The position numbers and the translations under genes were made by a program. 64,000 nt of DNA from Selaginella moellendorffii (lineage: Eukaryota; Plantae; Lycopodiophyta), in contig NW_003314264.1 in NCBI RefSeq assembly GCF_000143415.4, positions 3,957,229 to 4,021,228 of the forward strand, written 5' to 3'. Positions 40,162 to 52,440 of this stretch are shown here, piece after piece. Below the pieces are notes generated by a model. It saw only the letters and a program-made list of their open reading frames with translations, did no database searches and was not told where the DNA came from. Each line of letters begins with the position of its first letter. Within the stretch, counting starts at the first letter, position 1.

Positions 40162-41873
40162 ATGAATCTCTCCTCGATCATGGGCGAGTACACACAGCAT
40201 GACAATTTCACGGCCGTGGCCTCGCTCTCGCTCGTCCTCGCCGCCGCGATTGCGCTCCTCGCTGCCTTGTTCTCCCGGCTGAGGAACTCCAAGCGCCCGC
40301 CGCTGCCCCCATCGCCGCCCTCCAAGCTCATCACCGGCCACCTCCACCTCCTGGACCAGCTTCCCAATCAGTCTCTGTACAAGCTCGCCAAGATCTACGG
40401 CCCGCTCATTCAGCTCCGCCTGGGTGTGGTGCCGGTGGTGGTCGCGTCCACCGCGGAGATGGCCCGGGAGTTCCTCAAGGTGAACGACTCCGTGTGTGCG
40501 TCCCGGCCGAGGATGGCCGCCCAGAAGATTATCACGTACAATTTCACGGACATCGGGTGGGCAGCGTATGGTGCTCACTGGCGGCAGCTCCGTAAGATTT
40601 GCACGCTGGAGCTCTTCACACACCGGCGGATGCAGGAGACGGCGAAGGTTCGAGCCCGGGAGCTGGCGGACACCATGGCCGGCATTTACCGCGACCGGGA
40701 GACGAGCATCAACATGAACACCCGGATCTTCTCGCTCACCATGAACGTGATCAACCAGATGGTGATGCGCAAGAAGCCATTCTCCGGCTCCGATACCAAG
40801 GAGGCGCGGGAGTTTATCGACCTCATTAATGGAGTCTTCATGGTGTGGGGAGCGTTCAACATTGGAGATTACATTCCGGGACTTTCCATCTTTGACTTCC
40901 AGGGGTACATCGGCATGGCCAAGGTCCTCCACAAGAAGCTCGACCATCTCCTAGACAAGGTAATTGAGGAGCACATCCAGCGGAGGATGGCCAAGTCGGA
41001 CGAGCCGCCGGACTTCGTGGACGTGCTTCTCGCGCTCACGCTCGAGGACGGGAGCAAGGTCAGCCACAAGACGATCAAAGGCATAATTGTGGTAAGTGAT
41101 CCTTTCCCACTGAGTGGGTTCTAGTCAAAAGTGGGATCGATCATTCGCCCATGACGAAGAGAGATCAAAGACGAGAGGGGGTGGCGGGCGATCTCGAGAG
41201 ATATTTTATTTGATGTCTATCTCTTCTCTTTGTGCAGGACATGATAGCCGGAGGAACCGACACGGCAGCTGTTACCATCGAATGGGCCCTCTCCGAGCTC
41301 ATGCGAAAGCCACACATCCTCAAGAAGGCCCAGGAGGAGATGGACCGAGTCGTAGGGCGGGACAGGGTGGTGGACGAGTCCGACTTGCCAAACTTGCCAT
41401 ACCTCGAGTGTATCGTCAAGGAGGCACTCCGGCTCCATCCCTCGGTACCCATCCTCCGCCACGAGTCCATCGAAGACTGCGTGGTTGCCGGCTACCGGAT
41501 CCCCAAGGGAACGGGTATCATGATTAACGTTTGGGCGATTGGGAGAGACTCAGCAACCTGGGAGAACCCAATGGAGTTTGATCCGGACAGATTCATATCG
41601 GCTGGTAACACTTTGGACGTGCGGGGCAATCACTTTGATCTCATTCCCTTCGGTTCCGGGCGGAGGATGTGCCCAGGAATGCCGCTGGGCATCAGCATGC
41701 TGCAGATGAGCCTTGGCCGATTCATCCAGTGCTTCGACTGGGGGCTGCCACCCGAGATGAAATCAGCCGAGGAGATCGACATGACGGAGACCTTCGGGCT
41801 CACGGTTCCTCGCAAATATCCCTTGCATGCAGTGCCTATTCCGCGGCTGCCGGCCCATCTCTATCAAGCTTGA
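40162..41873 (+). CDS. F5H: CYP71-clan P450, Selaginella ferulate 5-hydroxylase (CYP788A1-like), 2 exons (intron 41092-41237)
   Basis: PPLPPSPP hinge, AYGAHWRQLRKICTLELF, DMIAGGTDTAA, KEALRLHP, FDPDRF, PFGSGRRMCPG; head-to-head with COMT. Exact CYP name is from recollection and context. Confidence 0.88.
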
Positions 41874-42416
41874 TCCAAACAAAAGGCGAAGTTCCAAACG
41901 AAGAGAAAGCGCAAAAAAAAAGAGAGATAACTCTCTCCATCCTCAAGAGTCGTATTTCAATTTGAGTAGTGTGTACATGTCGTGGTTTTAGAAAATGGAT
42001 GTGGAGCCAGGCAGTCCAAGGGATGTCGGGAGGTCCATCATCCATCAAGAAACACAGGGTGATAATAAATTTATTTTTATGCTTAAATCTATAGAATACG
42101 GTGCATTAGCCAGCACTGTCAAGTTATTTGGAATGAATAACAACCGACATGTTTAAGTGATGAAGCCGGTCCAAGTCCTCTCCTCACCGTCAAGTGGTTC
42201 ACATCTATAGGTGGCTTTTTCAACATGCATTCTGGCATGATCAAACGTGAGGCACAAAGATTTTTGGGAGTGAAGTTCTAAGGTGGCCATTTCCAAATTT
42301 TCAAAGATTAACTCTAATGGCCATAACTCTAGTTTGTTTTAAGTAAGAAATCGTTAGCTAACATATAATTTATTATTATTCAGAAAATCATATTTCTAAA
42401 TGATGGAGAAATGCAT

Positions 42417-42702
42417 TTGGTTTGCTTAAGCAGAGATCGTAGTGGATATACTTAGAATATGCTTGGTTATTCTAACATATTCTACCATCTAACGGATGTT
42501 ATTCATTTAGATTAATCTTGTATTTATAATTTATAAACATTCCTAAATACTTTCTAGTATATTCTTTTTATTCTACCATCTAATGGTTAATATGCAATAA
42601 GATTAATCTTGATTTATAAATTATAAACATGTTTATAATTATTGATCAATTGGATTATTTAAAAATACTAAATAAGTATGACACTACTATTAAGAAAACC
42701 AA
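42417..42702. mobile_element. MITE, same family as 34909-35463
   Basis: TTGGTTTGCTTAAG ... TTAAGAAAACCAA termini; internal tattctaccatctaac...gttattcatttagattaatcttgtatttataattta shared with the 34.9 kb copy. Confidence 0.72.
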
Positions 42703-45700
42703 AAGTTACTGCATGCAATGCACAACAAATTATTATTTTTTTAATTTTATTTTGTGTTTTTTGCAGTATATAATATATCTATAAATAACATTATGTGGTA
42801 TGTGTTTTTTGTTCTAGTATTATGATATTTAAGTGGTAGTAAAGGCTTTTATCTACAATTTATTGATAGTTTATGTTGATTATTAGGATATCACTTATTT
42901 AGGCTAAGTTTTTCTTCAGTTATTAGGTATTGCATTAGGATATCACCTAACTTGCTGTTTTTTTTATGTCAAACATTAAGATCTTCCTACACTATTGATT
43001 CTTTTTGTTAATTATTAAGATTTATGTTGTATTAAATTATTAAACTATTTATCACTATTGATTCTTTTTGTGAATTTTTATGTCACTTATTCTACTAATT
43101 TTCTTTTATATAATTCAATACTGTCTTCCAAAAAACATAAGACCAAGGGATTTAAATAGGCTGCCAATGTCTTTTATGGTCTCCCCCTCTGGTGTGCCAA
43201 CTATGATTTGTATTACCAATGATGAAATAAAAGTTAGAACCTAAGAGTTGGAGGTGTTTACAATATGTAAAATAATTATTAATGATGTGGTTCACATCTT
43301 ATACCTTATCAAAGCAAGAGGGGCAGAATTACAATTCTCATAGGATCTTTGGCTTGGTGTGATATCTTAACTCCACAATGCGTCAATGCTATCTTATTCA
43401 GCAACTTGTGAGAATCTTTATTGTTAGGCCTATCCTTTAGAGGATTGTTAGCTAATTTCTTTTTTGTATTGTATTATATCAAATCTGTTCTAAAGGCTTT
43501 TCAAATTAGCTTAATTTGCAATACCACATTTGAATGTTTATATTGTGGTAACAAATACTTGTTACCACCCATAAACCTTTTTTTTTTTCACATTGCGTGA
43601 ACCTAGGTGTGCCATAGAGCAAGCACTAGATGTAGTAGGGATGCCCACACATAAAGATGTGATTGCATAGATGAATAAAAAAAGTGCTCAAAGGCTATAA
43701 AGTAAGCAATCTCATCATTGCAATTAGTGTGGACCAAAATAAATTCCATCAACATTTGAAGAGCATAAGCTGGAAGGGAGTATATTCAATTAAGAGTGTA
43801 AATGGGGTAGAAGTAATTCTTTAGTAAATTCTGCCATAATGTGAGAATGTTATAATGTGGGGCCTCACATATGCTAATGGAGAGTTGCGGAGTAGGAAGC
43901 AGGATGTTGTAGAAAAATAGTTGTTGCATTAACTTACATTTGTCTCAAGAGCATGATTTAGAGGCATCTTGAACCGATAACATGTATACAATATCAAAAG
44001 CCTACATTGGCAATAAGTATTTGTGATTTTTTGATTCTTGCCTGATAACTCAGCATTGATTGTGGATAGCTTATTATAGGTTAAAGTTGTGAGGTCTATA
44101 TTTGCATGGAATCATTGACACTTGCATGTGTAATATTTGTAGGGACCCATTATATAGTGGACATATTTGTGTCAACAAACAAAAACTAATATATGAATAC
44201 TACTATACAACAATTTTAAAATACAGTTGTGGAAAGCTAATGTGTGGTGATTGGGTGGTAGAGTTCAATGAAATTGAATTTGATATAATCAATGTATAGA
44301 AGGGCAAAAGAGGTTTATGTGTTGATCATTCATCACAACTAAATACATTATGCAATAGACTATAGAGACTAATAAATTTATTTTTAGAGAATTAAACACT
44401 TTTGAAGGGAGATATAATGTAGAGTGACACAACCCATCAAAAGTTAAACTAATATCTAAATTGATTATATGATTTTTTAAGTCTTTAGTATGTCAAATTT
44501 TTTTTTGCATCTTTGAAGTACATTTTAATATGGTTCTATGTCTCATAGTTGAAGTGGCTCCTACAATAAATGAGCATATTGTGCAGGGCAATGCAAGGGC
44601 TAAGGAGGTTATTATAGTGCTGTATAGTTGTGGAGGTGATAAGGAATATTCTAAGCATATTTCATAGTATATAGTAAGAGTATATTCTAGAGTTTCGCCT
44701 TTCTTTATTCATTTTTGGCACATTATATAGGAAAGAGTGACTTTATAGTTTTCTTGCTCTGTAAATCTAAAAAATTGAGAGAAATAGAGGTAAAAAATTG
44801 GCAGTTTAGGTGATTTGATATATATATTTAATAAAAATTCTTGTGGGATATGGTTGCAAAGAAGGAGCTTCATTCAAGTAATTGTTTGGTCATCAAGATA
44901 TTTTGAAGTGATTTGAGGTTTTTTAGTATTTAGTGTGTTAATTTAAGATATTTTGCTTTTTCGCTTATGCTTACGTCTATAACAAAAGCTACACACTGAA
45001 AGCTAGAAATTTCAAGACAAAAATTCTTTGACATTTGAGATATTATCAAGAAGTCCACCCCATAATTATTTCAAAGAGCAACACAAAGTTTAAATGTTGG
45101 TGAAAGATCAGATGGAGTTGTATCAATGGGGTTATTATTTGACTTTTTATTTTTCCACCACTAGAAAAGATAAAAATCAATCTTTATAGTGTTACAATTC
45201 TACCAAAATTCTTAGATATAAACAAGGAGGAGCTACAGACATATTTAAATTTAGTAGAGTTATTATTGGAGATTTTGGATGTGACAAATGTTACCAAGAT
45301 TGTTAGGAGGATGTTTGGGCTTTATATGGAAGTGATCTGTTAACAGAGGTAATATTACACTATGTGGAGTTGTCGAAATAAAACTCTAGTAGCAAAACAA
45401 CAAGAGTTGCTAATCATACTAACGTGAAGCTTCACTTCTCAGTTAAGGATGGGTTTATTTACTATAAGCAAAAGAAATTATATCTTCCAACCAAGGATTT
45501 GTGACAGTTGTATTTGCATGAATATCATAATGTTCTAGCAATGGGACATAGCGGTAAATAAAAAACTCTTGCCTCGTTAAAAAAGATAGTTTAGTATAGA
45601 AGGTGAGGTAGTAAATTATGTCCATTCTTGTCTTATCTACTAGTAATATAAGTAAAGGATTAAGAATTAAGTTGGGAAGTTCTAGTACATTCTAGTACCA

Positions 45701-45870
45701 ATATGGCCATTTTAGAGTGTGATACTTAACTTTATCAGTTGTTTGTCAAAGTCTAAAGGTTATGACAGACAGTAATTATAAATCAATTGTCAAAAATTGC
45801 ATATTTCATCCCAATTGTGAAAATATAGAATGCTAAACAAGCAATAAAACTCTTTTTCCATAAGATAAGA

Positions 45871-46290
45871 TGTGAATTTAGACTTCTTAGGATGTCACCC
45901 AGCCCAGTATTATTCAAACCCAAGTATATTTTAACTTTAAATATCCCAAGACCCTTAATCAATTAGAAAAGAGGGTGAACTTACTTCAGTGCAAGTTCAC
46001 ACATTTGTGAACAAAAGTTGATTCTCTTAGCCAACCCATAGAGTTAGACCCAAAACCTCTTTAATACTAAATGTCTTTACAAATTCATACTTTGAGTTAA
46101 ACCCAAGACTTTTTTGATACTAAATGTCCCTGCAAATTCATGCCCTTGTGAACAGATGTTGATTCCCCTAGACAACCAATAGAGTTGGATCCAAGACCTC
46201 TTTCATACTAAATGTAAAATGTCTTTGAATTTAAACTTTCTGGGAGGTCAATACTTCAAACCCAAATACACTTAACCTTAAATATTTGTC
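45871..46290 (-). mobile_element. Old degenerate Cassandra-like TRIM
   Basis: gacttcttaggatgtcacccagcccagtattattcaaacccaag...aaatatcccaagacccttaa matches the LTR at 49660 onward; a second LTR start at ~46213 is preceded by decayed internal/PBS sequence. Confidence 0.7.
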
Positions 46291-49200
46291 TCTCCCACGT
46301 CACCATCTCCCACAGCTTCCCCTACTGTTCATCAAGTCTGAATCAGGAAAAGTTCCCTAAACTCAAATCGGGGTTCTGTTCCTGACTCTACGAAGTTTTC
46401 ACCCTCTTCTTTTCCCTCTCTTCCATCTTACATTGGACAGTATCTTCGTCTTATCATTCTATTCATTCGTACGCCTCCTCTTATCTCCACAATCACTATG
46501 AAAGAACTCCTTCATGAAGAACTTATTTTCCTTTTTGCTTTGTATGTTTCTCCTATCAATCTTCCTGAGAAGTATCATGATTTTAGGGATGTGTTTGACA
46601 AGAAAAAAGCTAGTGTATTGCCTATTCATCAACCTTACAACTGTCCCATTGATTTACAGGAAGGAGAGTCACCTTCGGAACCATTATCTGCTGCCCTTGA
46701 TCTCGGACCTATTGGAATGCTTCAGCGGTGCTCGCTTCTTCACGAAGATTGACCTCCATGGAGCATACAACCTGATCTGGATCGGGCCTGGTGATGAATG
46801 GAAGACTGCATTCTGAACCCGCTATGGCCACTTCGAGTACACTGTCATGCCATTTGTCTTGACAAATGCTCCAGCAGTTTTCTAACATATGGCAAACGAC
46901 GTCTTTCAGGAGTTTCTTGATCAAATGGTGATCGTTTACCTCGACGACATCCTCATCTACTCAATAACTTAGGAGGAGCATGATAAGCATGTGCGCAAAG
47001 TGCTAGCAAAGTTGCGGGAACACGGCCTATATGTGAAGCTTGAGAAATGTTCCTTTGATCAAGAGTATGTGGAGTTCCTTGGGTACATTGTCACTCTTGA
47101 GGGTATTACAATGGATCCTACCAAAGTCAAGACTATTCTCAAATGGGAGCCTCCACAATCAATGTCGGACGTTTAAGTTTTCCTTGGCTTCGCCAACTTT
47201 TACCGCAAATTCATTGATCACTACTCTGACATTCTCACACATCTCACTTGCAAGGATGTTCCCTTCTCTTGGTTTGTTGCTGCCCAGTAGGCCTTTGACA
47301 CACTCAAGGCAGCCTTCAGTTCTACTCTCGTCTTGATCCACGTTGATCCCTCACAACCTTTCTTCATCGAAGCAGATGCCTCCGACTTTGCCATCGGTGC
47401 TGTGCTGTCTCAACCCGGAGGGGATCAAGAATTTCATCTAGTCGCTTTCCATTCTTGGAAATTCTAGCTTGCAGAGATCAATTATTAAATCCACGACAAG
47501 GAGCTCCTTGCCATCGTGGACTCCTTTGGAGAGTGGCATCGTTTCTTGGAGGGGGCGAGCCATCAAACAACGGTCTGGACAGATCACAAAAATCTCGAGT
47601 ACTTTGCCACTTCCCGAGTTTTGAGCCATCATCAGGCAAGGTGGGCACAATTCCTGAGTTAGTTTGACTTTGTTATCAGGTACAGACCTGGAAAGCTTCA
47701 AGGCCTTCCTGATGCTCTTTCAAGGCACTCCTATCTCAATCTCAAGCCTGGTAATCTTGCCTTCGATTAACAGGATCAGGTTATCCTTGGTCCTGATCGG
47801 CGTCAAGTTATGGCAATTTCCCTGGCCCCTTAGGACTCCTCCTTGATGGATGTGATCAGAAACAATCTTCAATCTGACGACCTCGCCAGCGACATTTTCC
47901 CCCATCTTCAGGCTGGACACCCAATGAGTCCTGACTGCCGGCGATTTGACGAGTTCGAGTTCTTAGATGGCTTGTTGTACCGTGGGGAGCAGCTTTACGT
48001 TCCTGAAGGTGATGCTCGAAGGTTGATCCTGATGGCATGCCACAATAGCCCGACTGCTGGTCACTTTGGCATTGCAAAAACCTATGAGCTGGTTGCACGG
48101 GACTTTTGGTGGCCTCACATGGACAGCTACATCAAAGCTTTTGTTACCTCCTGTGACACTTGCACCTAGAATAAGGTACCTCACCATCTTCCTTTAGGTT
48201 TGCTTCGTTCCCTCCCGGTCCTTTTAGGTCCTTGGGAATTTATCTCCATGGATTTCTTGAGTGATCTTCCGAGTTCTGGAGGCTTCAACAACATTTTAGT
48301 CGTGGTGGATTGCTTCACAAAGATGGCGCACTTCTTGCCGTGTACCAAGGAGTTTTCGGGCAAGGACATGGCAAAACTGGTATTCAGGGAAATTTTCCAA
48401 CTTCATGGGATTCCTGCAGATGTGGTTTCAGATCGGGGACCTCAGTTCATCTCTCATTTCTGGAAACGATTCTTGCAGCTGCTTGAAGTGAAGGCCAACC
48501 TCTCTTCGGCGTATCATCCTTAAACTGATGGACAGTCCGAGTGAATGATTCAGATGTTGGAACAATTCCTGAGGTGCTTCATCAACTATCATCAGGATGA
48601 CTGGTTCGATATCCTTCCCCTTGTTGAGTTCTCCTATAACAATTTTGTTCACTCCTCCTTTCGAGTTTCCCCCTTCTTTGCAAACTCTGGCCAAAATCCT
48701 TGATTCAATCTCTCACTTCCTTCTCCATTCGAATCCTCTCGTTCAAATCCCCGCTCTAAGGCATTTGTCTCTAACCTCCAAGAAATCCATAACTCCATCT
48801 CCTTCCACCTCCATCGTGCTCAGGAATCTCACAAAACATTTGCCAATGTCCATCATCAGGATTGGCCCCCTTACAATATCAGGGATAAAGTCTAGCTCCT
48901 TAGGTGAAATATCTCCACTAGCAGGCCATATCCCAAACTCAATTTCAAACACCTCAATCCTTTCCCTATCACTGCCATCATTAAATCCTGTCACTTATTG
49001 CTTTGCAGTTCCCTCCTCATATCAAATTCACCCCGTTTTTCACTCCTCTCTCCTTAAGCCTTATATTCCTAGTCCTATTCCAAATTGGGTCATTCCTTCG
49101 CCTCCACCAGTGCAGCTCAAGGATGGGTTTGAGTAGAAAGTTCAGGACATCCTTGATTCCAAGATCTCACGGTCTAAACTCTACTATTTGGTAGACTGGA

Positions 49201-50421
49201 AGGGTTACGGACTTGAGGAATGCACTTGGGAACTTGCGAACAACTTGATTCATTCTCTTAACCTTATTCAGAACTTCCACTATTGCTATCCTTCTTGTCC
49301 CAGTCCTCATTCTTTTCATTCTCCATCTTCCGTCCCTCGCTGCCCATCTCATCCTCCTCTTCATTCTCATTCATGTCCTCGTTCCACTAGTTCTTGAGGA
49401 GGGGGTGCTGTCAGGAATCCCCCATTCTTGCCACATTCTTGACTCTCGCCGGATTCTTGACTTGCAAACCATATTCCTGACTCTCAAGACACTTCCTTAT
49501 TCCTGACTCTTGAGACACTTCCCTATTCCTGACTCTCTCTCTCTCTCTCTCTCTTGACGATTCATGAGTCTCAAACCACATTCCTAATTCACATTTCACA
49601 TTCATGAGCACCTCCTCGACCTCAGCTATATTTAGGCCGTCCTCGATCCAAGAGTGGTGTGTAAGCTCCTGAGTTTAGACTTCCCGGGAGGTCACCCAGC
49701 CCAGTACTATTCACACCCAAGGACGCTTAACCCCAAATATCCCAAGACCCTTAACCGTTTGGAAAAGGGGGTGCACTCTTGTTCATGGGCCCTTTCCCTC
49801 TATATTTGAACCCCTATGGATCGTCACTCGAGTCGTTCCCCCTATGGATCGTCACTCGAGTCGTTCCCTTTGGTTGCTTACAATCCAACACGCTTCCCTA
49901 CTAGTTCACACCCTCGTGAATGGAAGCTGAGAGCCGCAGCTCTCCCGAGAGCCCCGCTCTCTTGACACCCTACCCCTCGGGTCGAGCCCAGCGGGAGCAA
50001 ACTGGACCAACCAGATGTCAATCAACATGTGGTGCGATTCCCTTAGCCAACCAACAGAGTCGGACCTGAAACCCCTCTGATACCAAATTGTAAGCTCCTG
50101 AGTTTGGACTTCCCGGGAGGTCACCCAGCCCAGTACTATTCACACCTAAGGACGCTTAACCCCAAATATCCCAAGACCCTTAACCGTTTGGAAAAGGGGG
50201 TGCACTCTTGTTCATGGGCCTTTTCCCTCTATATTTGAACCCCTATAGATCGTCACTCGAGTCGTTCCCTTTGGTTGCTTACATGGTGGAGCTTCATCAA
50301 CTTATAGTATATATAGGTTAGCGTTGTTCCATTTCTCCACAATCTGAATCAACGCCAGTTTAAGGCCTCTTCCTTGTTTGAGGTAGCGCGCGCTTAGCTA
50401 GGATCTAGCATTGTCTTGACA
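46290..50421 (+). mobile_element. Second Ty3/gypsy chromovirus (family B, Tcn1/Tf2-like), 5'-truncated; 3' LTR 49409-50421 interrupted by a TRIM
   Basis: RT ([17 protein letters not shown]), RNase H (HDKELLAIV, TDHKNLEYF), integrase (AGHFGIAKT, SCDTC, SDRGPQF), chromodomain (YYLVDWKGYGLEECTWE), PPT gaggagggggtgc, LTR TGTCAGG...CTTGACA; many premature stops. Confidence 0.85.
49660..50283 (-). mobile_element. Cassandra-like TRIM with 5S-rRNA-derived segment in each LTR
   Basis: LTRs 49660-49882 and 50089-50283 with TGTAAGC...GCTTACA termini; TSD TGGTG at 49655-49659 and 50284-50288; minus-strand PBS TGGTATCAGAG at 50075-50085; 206-bp non-coding interior; LTR core GGTTAAGCGTCCTT(A/G)GGTGTGAATAGTACTGGGCTGGGTGACCTCCCGGGAAGTC. 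Confidence 0.93.
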
Positions 50422-50569
50422 ATAATCAAAAATAAGTTTTGTAATAAATCTTGCAAATCAATAAAATAAATTAAAAATTTCTTCTTCTATGTCAGTTTTG
50501 GCAAGTTGATTTTGGCACTTCAGTGCATGGGTTCAATCCATAACTATGGGAATAACTATTATAAACATT

Positions 50570-51308
50570 TAACTTTTGGGGTTTATTTGTGCTTAAGGGA
50601 GTTGGGCCTTTGGCTCTCTCTATATCTCTACAAGCAGAGTGTGAGACACAAAATCCCTAGGCCCCAAAGTGGAGCCGAAAGGGCACCATGTGGTAATGGT
50701 TGAAGCGAAAGCCAAACGAACGTAACACGTTTGGACTAAAAGCTCCAACTTGAAAGGTCGAGAGCAAGAGTGGAACTCCCAACAAAGTGCTCGAGGAATG
50801 AGCACGAAGTGAGCAATAAGCGAGGCTCTAAAAAAGGGACCCAAAAGGACCAAGACATGACATGTGGAAGTGTTCGAGATGGACTCGAGATGGAGTCCGA
50901 GATGGACCAAGACGGAGTTCAAGATGGAGTCCGAGATGGACCGAGACGAAGTCCGAGATGGAGTCCGAGATGGATTGAGACGGAGTCCGAGATGGAGTCC
51001 GAGATGGAGTCCAAGATGGACCGAGACAGAGTCTGAGATGGAGTCTGAGATGGACCGAGACAGAGTCCGAGATGGATCCGAGATGGAGTCCGAGATGGAC
51101 CCGAGATGGAGTCCGAGATGGACCCGAGATGGAGTCCGAGATGGACCCAAAATGGAGTCCGAGATGGAGTCTGAGATGGACTGAGATAGAGTCCGAGATG
51201 GAGTCTGAGATGGACCCGAGATGGAATCCGAGATGGAATCCGAGATGGAGTCCGAGAAGGAATCCGAGATGGAGTCCGAGAAGGAATCCGAGATGGAGTC
51301 CGAGGTCA

Positions 51309-51340
<32 letters not shown>

Positions 51341-52440
51341 GCCGAGGCCGAGTCCGAGTCTGAGGCCGAGCCTGAGTCCAAGTCCGAGTCCGAGTCTGAG
51401 GCCGAGCCCGAGTCTGAGGCCAAGCCCGAGTCCGAGTTCGAGTCTGAGAGGGTGAAAGCCCAAAGCGTTCGTCTCTTAGACCCTGGGGGGTTTGGTGAGT
51501 TCCAAAAGTATAGTAAGGGGGAGAACTACAGTGGAGCCAATTTGGCCAAGAAAGGCTAGTTTGGCCTAGAAAGGCTGTACCCAGTGTTAGGTGATGAGTT
51601 GCCCACTGGGAAGTCCAAGACTAGAGTGAACACGGACCGGCAAGCGGGGTAGCTTGGTGAAGTGTTCAAGAGCCGGCTCTAGTTCCCCTGGGAGATCGAC
51701 TAGCCGATGCTCTCTGTCCAAGTGTGGGTGGCACTATCTACTTGGATACCTGGTGTGGCTTAACGGAACCTCGCTCTAAGCCCATGGCTAGAGCACCTAA
51801 AGGCGGAAGGCGGGGAGAGTACCCATGAGGCCCACATAGGGCCACAGTGTTCCAAAATGTTATCCCAAAGTCCCAGATTGTGGAAAGGAAGAGGAGTAGC
51901 CCTCAGGTGTGGTGACTAAGGACATAGTCACATAGTGAGGAAGTTCTAGAGGACAATGGGACTTAGTGGTCAGGCCCATAGGCCTTGATCTAATGGTAGT
52001 GTTGGTGAATACGGCCAAGGACAGAAAGGGACTTGATGGGGACCAGAAAGGAGATATTGGGGAAGGTTATTCCCCATGTCTGCGGGCATCCTAAGGATGC
52101 TAAGGAGTGAATCTAGGATGCCACTCATGGACGGATGGCCCAGTCTTGGAAAGATGGGATTGCAATGCAGGTGGTGTTAGACCACCGATGTGACCAAGGT
52201 GATTGGGCATGGCCTAGCGTAACAGGCTGGTATGTTGGTGGTGTTTTGGGGTGTCGGTCATGGGACCAAACACGTGGAACACTTGGACTAAGTGCAAAGG
52301 TTGAGTGGTATGGATGCCATTCTCGGGGCTAGCAAGCCCTAAGTCTTGAGTGGAACTTATGGAGGTTGTGAATGAGACTCCTCCAAGTGGTCAAAGGTGT
52401 GGTTAAGTGACTAAAGTAAAATGGAAAAAATTAGTCACTT
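50570..52440. mobile_element. GC-richer insertion, probably a solo LTR related to family A; boundaries approximate
   Basis: Interrupts the old family-A 3' region; 51450-51520 (gggtgaaagcccaaagcgt...gttccaaaagtatagtaagg) resembles the LTR-A promoter core at ~33905-33970. Confidence 0.5.
50872..51449. repeat. Hexamer-based minisatellite (GAGATG/GAGTCC/GAGACC/GAGGCC units)
   Basis: About 580 bp of GAGNNN units, mostly the 12-mer GAGATGGAGTCC, grading into CCGAGA and GCCGAG repeats. Confidence 0.92.

Noticed and set aside
40156-40947. 263-aa minus-strand ORF
   Set aside because: Antisense shadow of the high-GC3 F5H exon.
49677-50160. 5S rRNA genes
   Set aside because: Only ~55 nt of the internal control region, embedded in TRIM LTRs; the 5' part of 5S is absent.
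50872-51449. CRISPR-like array
   Set aside because: No unique spacers, no cas genes, and a eukaryotic context.
50620-51559. Long low-complexity ORFs (SDSIS, LGLHLG, MESE repeats)
   Set aside because: By-products of a stop-free hexamer repeat in a TE context; no evidence of coding function.
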